Of a DNA stretch of 64,000 nt, positions 36,999 to 46,230 are shown piece after piece (position 1 is the first letter of the stretch; each line of letters begins with the position of its first letter). This stretch comes from an uncultured Anaerolineales bacterium (GTDB lineage Bacteria; Planctomycetota; Phycisphaerae; FEN-1346): NCBI GenBank assembly GCA_964461715.1, contig CAYWVR010000006.1, forward strand, positions 55,923 to 119,922, written 5' to 3'. The translations under genes and the position numbers were made by a program. Under the pieces are notes generated by a model. The model had not been told where the DNA came from. It did no database searches and saw nothing but the letters and a program-made list of their open reading frames with translations.

Positions 36999-37490
36999 AT
37001 GGACATGGACCATCTCGAAGCTTATGTCGTGGCCCTCGGCCGGCTCTGCTTTGCGGCCGTGTGCGCGGCGTCGGTGGGGTGGGAGCGGGAGGCGCAGAAG
37101 AAGAGCGCCGGCCTGCGGACCCACGTCCTCGTGGCCGTAGGCTCGTGCCTCTATGCCCTGGCCGCCGAGAACCTGGTCGCCAGGTACGAGGGCGTCGACA
37201 TCATGCGGCTCATCCAGGGGGCCCTGATGGGCACGGGCTTCATTGCGGGCGGCGTCATCTTCCGCCAAGGGACGAGCGTCCGCGGGTTGACGACGGCGGC
37301 GGGACTCTGGATCATGAGCGCCGTCGGCGTGAGCATCGGACTGGGGTTCTATTTCCTGGCCATCGCCTCGACGGCCCTGACGTTCGCCGTCATGACGACG
37401 CTCCGGTGGATGGAAGGCCGGTTCTCGGATAAGGAATCGAAGCAGGACGTCGGCCCCGGCACGGACGAGGTGGAGGACGACGATGATTAG
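36999..37490 (+). CDS. mgtC: MgtC/SapB family membrane protein
   Basis: GWEREAQKKSAGLRTHVLVAVGSCLY ... GFIAGGVIFRQGTSVRGLTTAAGLWIMSAVGVSIGLGFY matches the MgtC family. Confidence 0.88.
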   Translation: MDMDHLEAYVVALGRLCFAAVCAASVGWEREAQKKSAGLRTHVLVAVGSCLYALAAENLVARYEGVDIMRLIQGALMGTGFIAGGVIFRQGTSVRGLTTAAGLWIMSAVGVSIGLGFYFLAIASTALTFAVMTTLRWMEGRFSDKESKQDVGPGTDEVEDDDD

Positions 37491-38724
37491 ACGCACCCTT
37501 GCCGCGACGCTTGTGGCGGCGGCCCTGGCCTCGGCCGCCTCGGCTGCCGACTGGCCCCGGTTCCAGGGCCCCAACCGCGACGGCACGAGCCCCGAGTCGG
37601 GCCTCGGCCGAAGCTGGCCCCCCGGCGGCCCCAAAATCCTCTGGAAGACCGATGTGGGCATCGGTTACGGCGGCGTGGCCGTCGCCGGGGGGAACCTCTA
37701 CCTGCTGGATCGCGAGGCCGGCGCCGCCGACGTCCTCCGCTGCCTCGATGCCGCCTCCGGCGCCGAGAGGCTCCGCGCCGCCTACGACGCCCCCGGCAAG
37801 CTCAGCCATCCCGGCTCGCGCTCCGTCCCGACGGTCGACGGGGACCTCGTCTTCACCGTCGGCGGATGGGGCCACCTCAAGGCCTGGAATCGCGAGACGT
37901 TCGCGGAGGTCTGGGCGCGGCACGTGCTGGCGGACTGGGACGGGAAACTCCCAAGATGGGGCGTCAGCCAGTCGCCGCTGGTGGTCGGCGAGAAGCTTAT
38001 CGTCGCCCCGCAGTCGAAGACCGTCGGCGTCGTCGCCCTGGACAAGGCCACCGGCCGCGAGCTCTGGCGGTCCGGCCCCGTGGGCGAGATGCGGTACGTC
38101 AGCCCCGTCCTGCACACCCTCGCCGACACGGCCCAGGTCGTCATCCAGAGCGTCGATCGCGTCGCGGGCGTCGACCTGGAGACCGGCCGCATCCTCTGGA
38201 CCTACCGCTACCACTGCCGCAATGCGATCCCCCATCCCACGCGCGTCGGGCCGGGGGCCCTGTTCATCACGGGCGGCTACGACGCCGGCAGCGACCTCGT
38301 GCGCATCGGGCGCGGTCCGGGCGGATGGACGGCGACGCGCGTGTGGCGGCACGAGGAGATCGGCTCCCAGATCCCGCAGCCCTTCGTCCTCGGCCAGAGC
38401 ATCTACCTCGTCGGCAACACGAACACCCGGGCCGACGGCATGGTCTGCCTGGCGGCCGACGGCTCCGTCCGCTGGCAGACCAAGCGCGACCCGCACCTCG
38501 ACCGCGGCAACGGCGTCCTGACCGCCGACGGGACCCTCTACCAGATCGACGGGGCCTCCGGGGAGATCTACATCGTCGAGCCCTCGCCGGCGGGCTTCCA
38601 GCCCCTCGCGAAGGCCCCGCTCCTCTCGGGCCGCCAAATCTGGGGCCCCATGGCCCTGGCGGAGGGCAAACTGTATGCCCGGGACTCCAAAAGACTCGTA
38701 TGTATTGATCTGGCCGCGCCCTGA
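37483..38724 (+). CDS. Secreted PQQ-like (BamB-type) beta-propeller repeat protein
   Basis: The signal peptide is MIRRTLAATLVAAALASAASA. The segment DWPRFQGPNRDGTSPESGL ... ILWKTDVGIGYGGVAVAGGNLYLLD is typical of PQQ-like propeller proteins. The start overlaps the mgtC stop (ATGATTAG). Confidence 0.8.
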   Translation: MIRRTLAATLVAAALASAASAADWPRFQGPNRDGTSPESGLGRSWPPGGPKILWKTDVGIGYGGVAVAGGNLYLLDREAGAADVLRCLDAASGAERLRAAYDAPGKLSHPGSRSVPTVDGDLVFTVGGWGHLKAWNRETFAEVWARHVLADWDGKLPRWGVSQSPLVVGEKLIVAPQSKTVGVVALDKATGRELWRSGPVGEMRYVSPVLHTLADTAQVVIQSVDRVAGVDLETGRILWTYRYHCRNAIPHPTRVGPGALFITGGYDAGSDLVRIGRGPGGWTATRVWRHEEIGSQIPQPFVLGQSIYLVGNTNTRADGMVCLAADGSVRWQTKRDPHLDRGNGVLTADGTLYQIDGASGEIYIVEPSPAGFQPLAKAPLLSGRQIWGPMALAEGKLYARDSKRLVCIDLAAP

Positions 38725-38844
38725 GCGCCGGGCCGCCTGCGCCTTCGCCATCTTGCCAGGCCCCCCGGGGCCAAGCCGCAAGCGGCGGGCGCGCGGTGAA
38801 TAACCCCGGCGAACCTGCGTATGAACGGGCGGAGCAGGTTTCCT

Positions 38845-38874
38845 TTGGCCCCCGCGGGGGGGAGCCGCTATAAT
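38845..38874 (+). promoter_or_regulatory. Sigma70-like promoter upstream of lemA (TTGGCC-N18-TATAAT)
   Basis: A perfect TATAAT lies at 38869-38874 and TTGGCC at 38845-38850, about 35 nt upstream of the lemA start. Confidence 0.45.
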
Positions 38875-38909
38875 CGCCCCTCGCCGAGACCTTTCGGAAG
38901 GAGATGCGC

Positions 38910-39494
38910 ATGAGTGCGCTGACGGCAGGCGGCATCGTGCTGATCGTCCTGTTGGGCCTCTTTGGGGTCGTCCTCCTGGTCGTCCTCTGGCTCGTCGTCG
39001 TCTACAATGCCCTCGTGAGGCTCCGGAACCAGGTCAAGAACGCCTGGAGCCAGATCGACGTCCAGCTCAAGCGGCGGTACGACCTGATCCCCAACCTCGT
39101 CGAGACCGTCAAGGGCTACGCCTCCCACGAGAAGGAGACCCTCGAGCGGGTCATCCAGGCCCGCCAACGGGGCATCGACGCCTCCAACGTCCAGGAGCAG
39201 CAGGAGGCCGAGAACATGATCACGGGGGCCCTCCGCCAACTGTTCGCCCTGTCGGAGGCGTACCCGGACCTGAAGGCCAACACGAACTTCCTCGCCCTCC
39301 AGGAGGAGCTGGCCTCGACCGAGAACAAGATCGGCTTCGCCCGCCAGTACTACAACGACGCGGTCCAGCATTTCAACACCCGCCAGGAACAGTTTCCGGC
39401 CAACATGGTGGCGGGGATGTTCGGTTTCCAGCCCGCCGACTTCTTCGAGATCGACCAGCGCGCCCAGCGCGAGGTCCCGAAGGTCGAGTTCTAG
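38910..39494 (+). CDS. lemA: LemA family protein
   Basis: An N-terminal TM is followed by YNALVRLRNQVKNAWSQIDVQLKRRYDLIPNLVETVKGYASHEKETL, the LemA signature. A GGAAGGAG ribosome-binding site lies 6 nt before the ATG at 38910; an ATG at 38904 is also possible. Confidence 0.88.
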   Translation: MSALTAGGIVLIVLLGLFGVVLLVVLWLVVVYNALVRLRNQVKNAWSQIDVQLKRRYDLIPNLVETVKGYASHEKETLERVIQARQRGIDASNVQEQQEAENMITGALRQLFALSEAYPDLKANTNFLALQEELASTENKIGFARQYYNDAVQHFNTRQEQFPANMVAGMFGFQPADFFEIDQRAQREVPKVEF

Positions 39495-39608
39495 GCCGGC
39501 CGGCGCCGGCAGGCGGAGGGCTGCAATGATGTGGGTTGGGGGCGGGCGGGCGGATGGTCGTGCTTCGGATGCTCGGGGCCCTCCTCCTTCGTTTACGGGG
39601 CTGACGAT

Positions 39609-40556
39609 ATGGCCACCTTCGAGGCCCTCGCCGGGGCGAACAAACGGAACAGCGTGCTGCTCGTCGTCGGCTTCGTCCTTTTCCTCTGCCTGCTGGGGGC
39701 CGTCCTGGGCTGGGCCCTCTGGGGCGACCCGCGGGCGGCGGTCCCCTCCATCGGCATCGCGCTCGGCATCGCCACCGTCATGGGTCTCGTCGGCTACTAC
39801 GGCGGGGCGAAGGCCGTGCTGGCCCTCAGCCGCGCCCGCGAGATCTCGAAGGGCGACGACCCGCAGCTCTACAACATCGTCGAGGAGCTGCGGCTGGCCT
39901 CGGGCCTCCCGATGCCAAAGGTCTACCTGATCGACACGCCCGCCCTCAACGCCTTCGCCACCGGCCGCGACCCCGAGCACGCCCACGTCGCCGTGACGCG
40001 GGGCCTGAGGGAGCGGCTCTCGCGGGACGAGCTTCAGGGCGTCGTCGCTCACGAGCTCTCGCACGTCAAGAACTTCGACATCCGCTTCATGACGCTCATG
40101 GCGGTGCTCGTCGGGACGGTGGTGCTGCTGGCGGACATCGGCCTGCGGTCGCTCTTCTGGAGCCGAGGGGGCCGGCGTCGCGGCGGGGGGCAGGGGGGCG
40201 GCGCGATCATGCTCGTGGTCCTGGTGCTTGCGATCCTGATGGCGATTCTTGCCCCCATCTTCGCGATGCTCATCCAGCTCGCCGTCTCCCGCCAGCGGGA
40301 GTTCCTCGCCGACGCCGACGCCGCCCGCATGACCCGCTACCCGGCGGGCCTGATCGGGGCCCTCCGAAAGCTCGCCGGCGACCATACCCCCATGCCCGAG
40401 GCCACCCGGGCCACCGCCCATCTCTTCATCGTCCAACCCGTCCTGGGGGCGCGCGGCAAGCGTCGCGAGGGTTCGAGCCTCTGGTCCAGCCACCCATCGA
40501 TCGAGGAACGCATCGCGAGGCTCGGATCGTTGGGCGGGCTCGACGCGACCCCCTGA
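39609..40556 (+). CDS. htpX: M48-family zinc metallopeptidase (HtpX-like)
   Basis: The HExxH site is VVAHELSHVKNFD, and the third-ligand region is SRQREFLADADAA. Four TM segments are present. The ATG at 39609 (MATFEALAG) is preferred over the track start at 39531. LemA with an M48 peptidase is a well-known gene pair. Confidence 0.82.
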   Translation: MATFEALAGANKRNSVLLVVGFVLFLCLLGAVLGWALWGDPRAAVPSIGIALGIATVMGLVGYYGGAKAVLALSRAREISKGDDPQLYNIVEELRLASGLPMPKVYLIDTPALNAFATGRDPEHAHVAVTRGLRERLSRDELQGVVAHELSHVKNFDIRFMTLMAVLVGTVVLLADIGLRSLFWSRGGRRRGGGQGGGAIMLVVLVLAILMAILAPIFAMLIQLAVSRQREFLADADAARMTRYPAGLIGALRKLAGDHTPMPEATRATAHLFIVQPVLGARGKRREGSSLWSSHPSIEERIARLGSLGGLDATP

Positions 40557-40689
40557 GCCGCGAGCCGGAGATCGCGGTTCCACTCGCCCGGCTTGTCACT
40601 TCGTTGCCTTGAGCCTTTGCCTGCGTCCTTGACGTCCGTTCGGCCGACACGGTAGAAGGGGGCGCGGGTTTGACGAGAGAGGGCCCCCG

Positions 40690-41595
40690 GTGCAAGAGGG
40701 GACGGGCCCCTCGTCCGACCTCCGGGAAAAGGGGCCGGTCCCCTTCGGGAGCGTTTGTCCCGAGCCGGCGCCCGGGAGAGGGCCGGTGCTGCGTTCGTTC
40801 GGATACGTCCTGATCGGCGTCCTGGTGCTTGCGTTGGCGGCGGGGGTGACGCTGTCGCTGGCGTCGGACCTGAGCCGGTGGGTGCTGGCGCGGGAGGAGG
40901 TGCGGCTGACGGCGCTGGACGTTCCCGCGCCGTCGAGTCCCGCCCCGGCCTACGCCATGGCCGTCCTGGAGACCGCCGGCGAGACGTCCCACGGTCCCTG
41001 GCTTCGCTTCTACTTCGAGGACGAGTGGACCGGGAGAGGCTGGGTGAATCCGTTGGGTCTGGCGCGGTGCGCGCGGCCGGGAGGGCTCCAGGACGGGAAG
41101 TACCGGTGCGAGGTGTACATGCCGGAGCAGTTGCCGCTGCTGGGCGTCCGGGCCGCCGCCACAGTCTGGGTGCGGCCGGCGGAGACGCCGGTCCTTTGGG
41201 TCGACGCCGCGGCGCTCCTCGCGCCCGCGCCGGACATCCCCGTGCCCCAGGCCGCGCGCCGGGCCCTCGCCGACCCCGCCAACACCGCCACGCCCGTTTA
41301 CCTGGTCGGCGGGACGGCGGGTGCGTACGATAGGGCGCGGCAGCGGCTGGCCGAGGCGGACCTGCCGCCCGGACCGGCCGTGTGGCTTGTGCCCGGGGCG
41401 GCGTCGCGGTATCTGGGCTGGATTCGGAGCCGGTGGCCGAACGTGCGCGGAGCGATCGTGGCCGAGGGCGAGGCGGCGGAGGTCGTCGGCGGGCTGGTCC
41501 GCCCGGTCGTCCGCGTTCCTGCCGCCGCCGAGGACGGGACCGAAACCGATGCCGCCCGCCGCTGGCGCGACGCGGTGGCGGCCACCGTGAGATAG
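40690..41595 (+). CDS. Membrane-anchored protein of unknown function
   Basis: The ORF has one TM (FGYVLIGVLVLALAAGVTLSLA) and a plausible globular region (WLRFYFEDEWTGRGWVNPLG...KYRCEVYMPEQL). The exact start is uncertain (GTG at 40690, or an internal start just before the TM). Confidence 0.5.
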   Translation: MQEGTGPSSDLREKGPVPFGSVCPEPAPGRGPVLRSFGYVLIGVLVLALAAGVTLSLASDLSRWVLAREEVRLTALDVPAPSSPAPAYAMAVLETAGETSHGPWLRFYFEDEWTGRGWVNPLGLARCARPGGLQDGKYRCEVYMPEQLPLLGVRAAATVWVRPAETPVLWVDAAALLAPAPDIPVPQAARRALADPANTATPVYLVGGTAGAYDRARQRLAEADLPPGPAVWLVPGAASRYLGWIRSRWPNVRGAIVAEGEAAEVVGGLVRPVVRVPAAAEDGTETDAARRWRDAVAATVR

Positions 41596-41712
41596 AAGGG
41601 TGGCATGCTCACGCCGCAAGAGCGTGGGCATGTTCGCGCGACGCAGCTGCGTGGGCGCGTGGTCACGCCTTACCGCGTGGCCAGGCCACCCGAGACGGAT
41701 GGGAGGCGACGT

Positions 41713-42426
41713 GTGAAGTTCGGCGCACGATTCATCTTCGCGGCTCTGGCGACGGCGGTGGCGTGGATGTCGGGATGCGGCGGGGAGGACACGCTGCTCC
41801 GCGCCCCGACGCCGGCGACCCGGACGACACAGGACTACGTCTACCGTCGCCTCGACCCGGACGCCTGCCGCGTCGCGCCCCCGCCGCCCGCGCCCCCGCG
41901 GCACGAGAGGCCGGCGCTGCGTGTGCTTCCCCCGGTGGCCCCGGGGTGGGAGCCGCGCGTGCGGGTGCGGCCGTGGCGATGGATCGTCGTCCACCACAGC
42001 GCCACCGAGGCCGGCAACGCCGCCGTCTTCGACCACTGGCACCGCCACGGGAACCACTGGGACGAGCTGGGCTACCATTTCGTCATCGGCAACGGCACGG
42101 ACTCCGGCGACGGCGAGATCGAGATCGGTAGCCGCTGGCTCAAGCAGAAGCACGGGGCCCATTGCCGCGTCGGCAACGACCAGACCTACAACCAGACGGG
42201 CATCGGCATCTGCCTGGTGGGCGACTTCGAGAAGACGTCGCCGACCCCGGCCCAGATGGCGTCGCTGACGGCCTTGGTGGACTGGCTGACCTCCCGCTTC
42301 CGCATCGGCGACCGCCACGTCATCGGCCACGGCACGGTCGGCGACACGAAGTGCCCGGGCCGGCACTTCTCGTTCGCGGAGCTGACGCGCCGCCTTTGCG
42401 CCCGGCGCGAGGCGCGACGGCCGTAG
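41713..42426 (+). CDS. N-acetylmuramoyl-L-alanine amidase, Amidase_2 (PGRP) family, probable lipoprotein
   Basis: WIVVHHSAT ... WDELGYHFVIGNG ... GSRWLKQKHGAHC ... GIGICLVGDF ... CPGRHF is an Amidase_2 core. The GTG at 41713 follows GGGAGG and gives VKFGARFIFAALATAVAWMSGC, a lipobox-like signal. Confidence 0.82.
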   Translation: MKFGARFIFAALATAVAWMSGCGGEDTLLRAPTPATRTTQDYVYRRLDPDACRVAPPPPAPPRHERPALRVLPPVAPGWEPRVRVRPWRWIVVHHSATEAGNAAVFDHWHRHGNHWDELGYHFVIGNGTDSGDGEIEIGSRWLKQKHGAHCRVGNDQTYNQTGIGICLVGDFEKTSPTPAQMASLTALVDWLTSRFRIGDRHVIGHGTVGDTKCPGRHFSFAELTRRLCARREARRP

Positions 42427-42467
42427 GCAGGGGGCGCCCACGCGGCTCATGGCAAGGAGTCGTCTCA

Positions 42468-42635
42468 ATGTTTACCCGCCTCGATTTCGTGCACGCCGCG
42501 GGGATGGGGGCCGCGGGGCCCCTGGCGGCCGGCGTCCGCTGCACGGACATCCACGCCGACCGCGACCGGCCCCTGCGACCGCCGAAGCCGAACCCGAAGG
42601 GCCCCGAGAAGGGCGAGCCCCCGGAGACGCCATGA
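42468..42635 (+). CDS. 55-aa ORF translationally coupled to the downstream glycosidase-like gene
   Basis: A strong AAGGAG ribosome-binding site lies 8 nt before the ATG at 42468. The stop overlaps the next start (ATGA at 42632-42635). The peptide is MFTRLDFVHAAGMGAAGPLAAG..., a degenerate Tat/signal-like head with a Pro/Lys-rich tail. Confidence 0.35.
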   Translation: MFTRLDFVHAAGMGAAGPLAAGVRCTDIHADRDRPLRPPKPNPKGPEKGEPPETP

Positions 42636-45394
42636 TGCGATGCGCCGCCCCCCTTGCGCTGCTGCTTTTGGTCGCCGCGAACGCCTCGGCCGCCGCCCTG
42701 GAGGCGACCGACGCCGAGCCGCTCGTCGACCTCGCGGGAACCACGCAGACGGTGACGCCCGGGACGGTCCGCCTCGAACTCGACCTCGAGGGCTTCCCCG
42801 GCGCGGGCGCCGATCGCGGCAAGGCCGAGGGGTCGGGTCGCGGCAAGAAGACGAGCCTGCGCGTCGCGCGCGTCGAGGGGACGTGGAAGACCGGCGAGGC
42901 CGACGTCTTTCGCACCTCTCCCGACGCCGAGTTCGAGGTCGACGCTTCCGGCCTGGAGGTGGGTCCGGACCGCCTGGGCGGCACGCTGGTTCTCGCCCGG
43001 CCCGGCAAGGGCGAGCGCGGCCGCACGGCCTTTACGATCGACGCCCGCGTCCGTCCCGCGCCGGCCGACGCCTTCTGGCCGAAGAACGACATCGACATCC
43101 GAACCTGGCCCTATTACTTCATGTACCCGCGCAGCCAGGGAGCCGCGTGGGAGGTCGCCGGCGCCTGGACGGCCGGCGAGGCCAAGGGCCGGGTGACCGG
43201 CTTCGCCGCCCCGCCCATGCGCCCCGGCTTCTGGAACATGGGCTCGGAGGCCGAGGGGGGCGGCGTGCGCTTCACGTTCCGTCTCGGCGCCGAGCGGCAG
43301 AACTGGAACTACGGACGCCTGGCCCGGTACGTCTTTGCCGAACCGCGCGACCTCTCGGCCTTCCAGGGCGTGCGCCTCTCGGTCGCGCCCGAGAAGACCC
43401 GCCGCGACGTCGAGGTCGGATTCTGGCTCCGCGAGGCCGACGGCAGCTGGTGGCGCGCCAAGAGCGCCGTCGCCCTCGTCGACAACGCGTGTTCGAGTGT
43501 CGTTCTGTTCGACGACCTCTCCGACGGCGGCGTGGCCAGCCCCACCTGGAGCTTCGATGAGAACCACCGCTTCGACCCGGAGGCCGTGACCGAGATGGCC
43601 GTCGGCATCATCGACGCCTTCGGTCCCGGCGAGGTGGCCTTCACGCTCCGGGGGATCGAGCTGGTGAAGGTCCCGCGGCCCGAGCCGGGTCCGGCCCGGG
43701 TCGCCGTGACGGGCGAGACGCGGGCCGTCAACGGCCACCGCATGGTCCCCGTGGGCCTCTTCGGCGGTTTCAGCGACGATCTGCCGCAGTCCGTCCGGCC
43801 GGGGTGCCAGCGTGCGTTCGGCGGGGGCCCGTCGATTCCGCCTCCGGGCGCCACCGAGAAGTTCCGCATCGACGTATGGGCGGACCGGTACGCGAGCGCC
43901 CGGAGCCTGACCGATCCCGCGTACCGCGATCACATGGCCGCCCGCGCCCGCGAGTACGCCGCCCGGGCGCGCGAGGCGGGGTACGCGGCCCACCTGGAGT
44001 TCTGGAACGAGCCCTATCTCAATTGGGCCCGGACACGCAAGAACTTCGACGCCCGCTTCTACGAGAAGCGCGGGGAGGCGGCCATCGTCAAGGCCACCGG
44101 CTTCAAGGTGCCCCACTTCACGTGGGAGGGCGGCGAGGTGGTCGACGCCTCGCAGCACAGCTACTACTCGGCGCGCGGCAACTCGGCCCTCTACGACCTG
44201 ATGCTGCTGACCGTGGCCCGGGCCGTCAAGGAGACGTACCCGGACGTCCGGGTCATCGTCAGTTGGGGCTTCCGCTGGAAGGCCGATCATTGGACAGGAT
44301 GGGAATATCTCTACAAGCCCTCCATCGACCGGGCCGCCGCCTGGATCGACGGGGCCAGCGAGCACCACTACGGCGGCGACCCGCGGTCCATGATCGGCAT
44401 GTACGAGGTCCTGGCGGCGTACGGGCAAACGCGCTATTCGAAATGGCTCTATTCCTGGAACACGGAGACGGGCGACCTCTCGCGCGTGCCCGTGGGCGGC
44501 GCCGCCGACACGCCCGAGAAGGCTGCCCACCTGACCCAGTATCGCAAGGCGATGTACAACGTCCGCGACATCGTCCTCTGCGCCCGGGAGGCGCCCGACA
44601 AGATCCGAAGCCGCACCCTCCTGACGTGGCGGTCGCAGGACCCGCGGGCGATGCCCGTGGCGTACGGGCTCCTGAAGGACCTCCGGGGGCGGCTCCTCCG
44701 GACGACCTCCGACGACGCGAAGGTCTGGTGCGTGGCGAGCGTCGACGGCGCCGACCCGGACGCTCCGCGCCCCGAGCCCGGCCAGGCCCTCGTCGTCTGC
44801 GTCTTCAACGACCACGCCGAGCCGCGCGACGTCGCGCTCCAGGTCGCCGCCCCGAAGGGCACGCGTTTCGCCGGGGGCGGGACCGTCCAGACGATCCCGC
44901 TCGACCCGGAGACGTTCGAGTTCCGCCTGGCCTCCGAGCCCGTCGAGGCCGAGGGCGCGTCGCGCGCGTTCCCGATGCGCCTCGGAGGCCGGAGCGTGTG
45001 GAAGGTGGCGCTGCCGCTGGAGGGCGAGCTTGGCCGGGCGGTCGACGTCCACCGTCGCCAGTTCTTCGCGCCCCGCATCCTGCGCGAGGTCGTCCCCGGC
45101 GAGACGTACACCGCGACGGTCGAGGTCGATGCGGCGGCCCTGGCGACGGCCGAGCGGGCATACCTGCGGCTGGTGCTGGAAGACGTGGCCCACGGCGAGG
45201 GGGTGGTGCGCGTCGGCGGGACCGAACTCCCGCTTCCGGCCGCCTACACGAGTGAGAACCAGAACCGCACCGTCGACCTGCACGTCGACCCGAAGGTCCT
45301 TGCGGAGAGGACGCGGCTCGAGTTCATCGTCAGAGGCGGCGACTTCGCGGGGTACCGGGTCGATATGGCGAGCGTGGTGGTGGAGGGGTCCTAA
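42632..45394 (+). CDS. Secreted clan GH-A (TIM-barrel) glycoside-hydrolase-like protein, 920 aa
   Basis: The signal peptide is MMRCAAPLALLLLVAANASAAA. HLEFWNEPYLNW carries the NEP acid/base motif of clan GH-A, and a later YSWNTETGD is a candidate nucleophile motif. An N-terminal beta-rich region of roughly 400 aa precedes the barrel. Confidence 0.6.
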   Translation: MMRCAAPLALLLLVAANASAAALEATDAEPLVDLAGTTQTVTPGTVRLELDLEGFPGAGADRGKAEGSGRGKKTSLRVARVEGTWKTGEADVFRTSPDAEFEVDASGLEVGPDRLGGTLVLARPGKGERGRTAFTIDARVRPAPADAFWPKNDIDIRTWPYYFMYPRSQGAAWEVAGAWTAGEAKGRVTGFAAPPMRPGFWNMGSEAEGGGVRFTFRLGAERQNWNYGRLARYVFAEPRDLSAFQGVRLSVAPEKTRRDVEVGFWLREADGSWWRAKSAVALVDNACSSVVLFDDLSDGGVASPTWSFDENHRFDPEAVTEMAVGIIDAFGPGEVAFTLRGIELVKVPRPEPGPARVAVTGETRAVNGHRMVPVGLFGGFSDDLPQSVRPGCQRAFGGGPSIPPPGATEKFRIDVWADRYASARSLTDPAYRDHMAARAREYAARAREAGYAAHLEFWNEPYLNWARTRKNFDARFYEKRGEAAIVKATGFKVPHFTWEGGEVVDASQHSYYSARGNSALYDLMLLTVARAVKETYPDVRVIVSWGFRWKADHWTGWEYLYKPSIDRAAAWIDGASEHHYGGDPRSMIGMYEVLAAYGQTRYSKWLYSWNTETGDLSRVPVGGAADTPEKAAHLTQYRKAMYNVRDIVLCAREAPDKIRSRTLLTWRSQDPRAMPVAYGLLKDLRGRLLRTTSDDAKVWCVASVDGADPDAPRPEPGQALVVCVFNDHAEPRDVALQVAAPKGTRFAGGGTVQTIPLDPETFEFRLASEPVEAEGASRAFPMRLGGRSVWKVALPLEGELGRAVDVHRRQFFAPRILREVVPGETYTATVEVDAAALATAERAYLRLVLEDVAHGEGVVRVGGTELPLPAAYTSENQNRTVDLHVDPKVLAERTRLEFIVRGGDFAGYRVDMASVVVEGS

Positions 45395-45405
45395 GCCGGC
45401 TTGAT

Positions 45406-45432
45406 GCCACGGGCAGTTTGCCTGCCCGTGGC
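45406..45432 (+). terminator. Strong hairpin directly after the glycosidase-like gene
   Basis: A perfect 11-bp stem GCCACGGGCAG / CTGCCCGTGGC has a 5-nt loop. It begins 12 nt after the TAA at 45392-45394 and is followed by GCCCTTTCG, a short T tract. Confidence 0.55.
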
Positions 45433-45533
45433 GCCCTTTCGATGGGCCCTGCATTTTGCGTCAAGGGCCCGCGGCCGGTCGTCCGATAAATTGGACGTCG
45501 TCTCGCTCTTGAACCGCCGGACAGGATTTGCCC

Positions 45534-46202
45534 ATGAACCGCCGCACCTTCCTGAGGCGCATCGCCGCGGGCATCGTGCCCGTCGTCGGCGGGGCGATGG
45601 CCGCCGGGTGTGGCGAGAAGGGGCTGCTGCGCGACCCGCCTCCGCCGGTTTTCGGGTCGCGGCAGGCGGGGGGGCAGGGGGTGCTTGAGCCGCGCTCGAG
45701 GACCGCCCCGGCGTCGCGCGGCGCACCCCGGCGCCTCGACACGCGGGCCTGGGTCCCGCCGGCGGGCGAGCGGCGGTGGCGGTTCATCGTCCTCCACCAC
45801 AGTGCCACGAGCTGGGGCTCGGCCGAGGAGTTCGACCGCATCCATCGGGCCCGCGGGTGGGACGAGCTGGGCTACCACTTTGTCATCGGCAACGGCTCGG
45901 GGTCGGCGGACGGGTGCGTCGAGGTGGGCAGCCGGTGGGGCAAGCAGAAGCACGGGGCCCACTGCAAGGTGGCCTCGCACCCGGAGTACAACGACTTCGG
46001 CATCGGCGTCTGCCTGGTCGGCAACTTCGACGAGACGCGACCCTCGGAGGCCCAGACGGCTTCGTGCGCGGCCCTGGTGAAGTTCCTCATGGTCCGCTAT
46101 CGCGTCCCCGCCTCGCGCGTCTACGGCCACGAGCAGCTCAAGGCCACGGCGTGCCCGGGGAAGCATTTTCCCTATAAGGACCTCTTCCGGCGGTTGCGCT
46201 AG
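45534..46202 (+). CDS. N-acetylmuramoyl-L-alanine amidase, Amidase_2 (PGRP) family, Tat-signal lipoprotein; paralog of 41713..42426
   Basis: MNRRTFLRRIAAGIVPVVGGAMAAGC has a twin-arginine motif and a lipobox. The core is FIVLHHSAT ... WDELGYHFVIGNG ... GSRWGKQKHGAHC ... GIGVCLVGNF ... CPGKHF. Confidence 0.85.
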   Translation: MNRRTFLRRIAAGIVPVVGGAMAAGCGEKGLLRDPPPPVFGSRQAGGQGVLEPRSRTAPASRGAPRRLDTRAWVPPAGERRWRFIVLHHSATSWGSAEEFDRIHRARGWDELGYHFVIGNGSGSADGCVEVGSRWGKQKHGAHCKVASHPEYNDFGIGVCLVGNFDETRPSEAQTASCAALVKFLMVRYRVPASRVYGHEQLKATACPGKHFPYKDLFRRLR

Positions 46203-46230
46203 CGGGCGCGCGGCGCAGGCGCGGCTTGCC

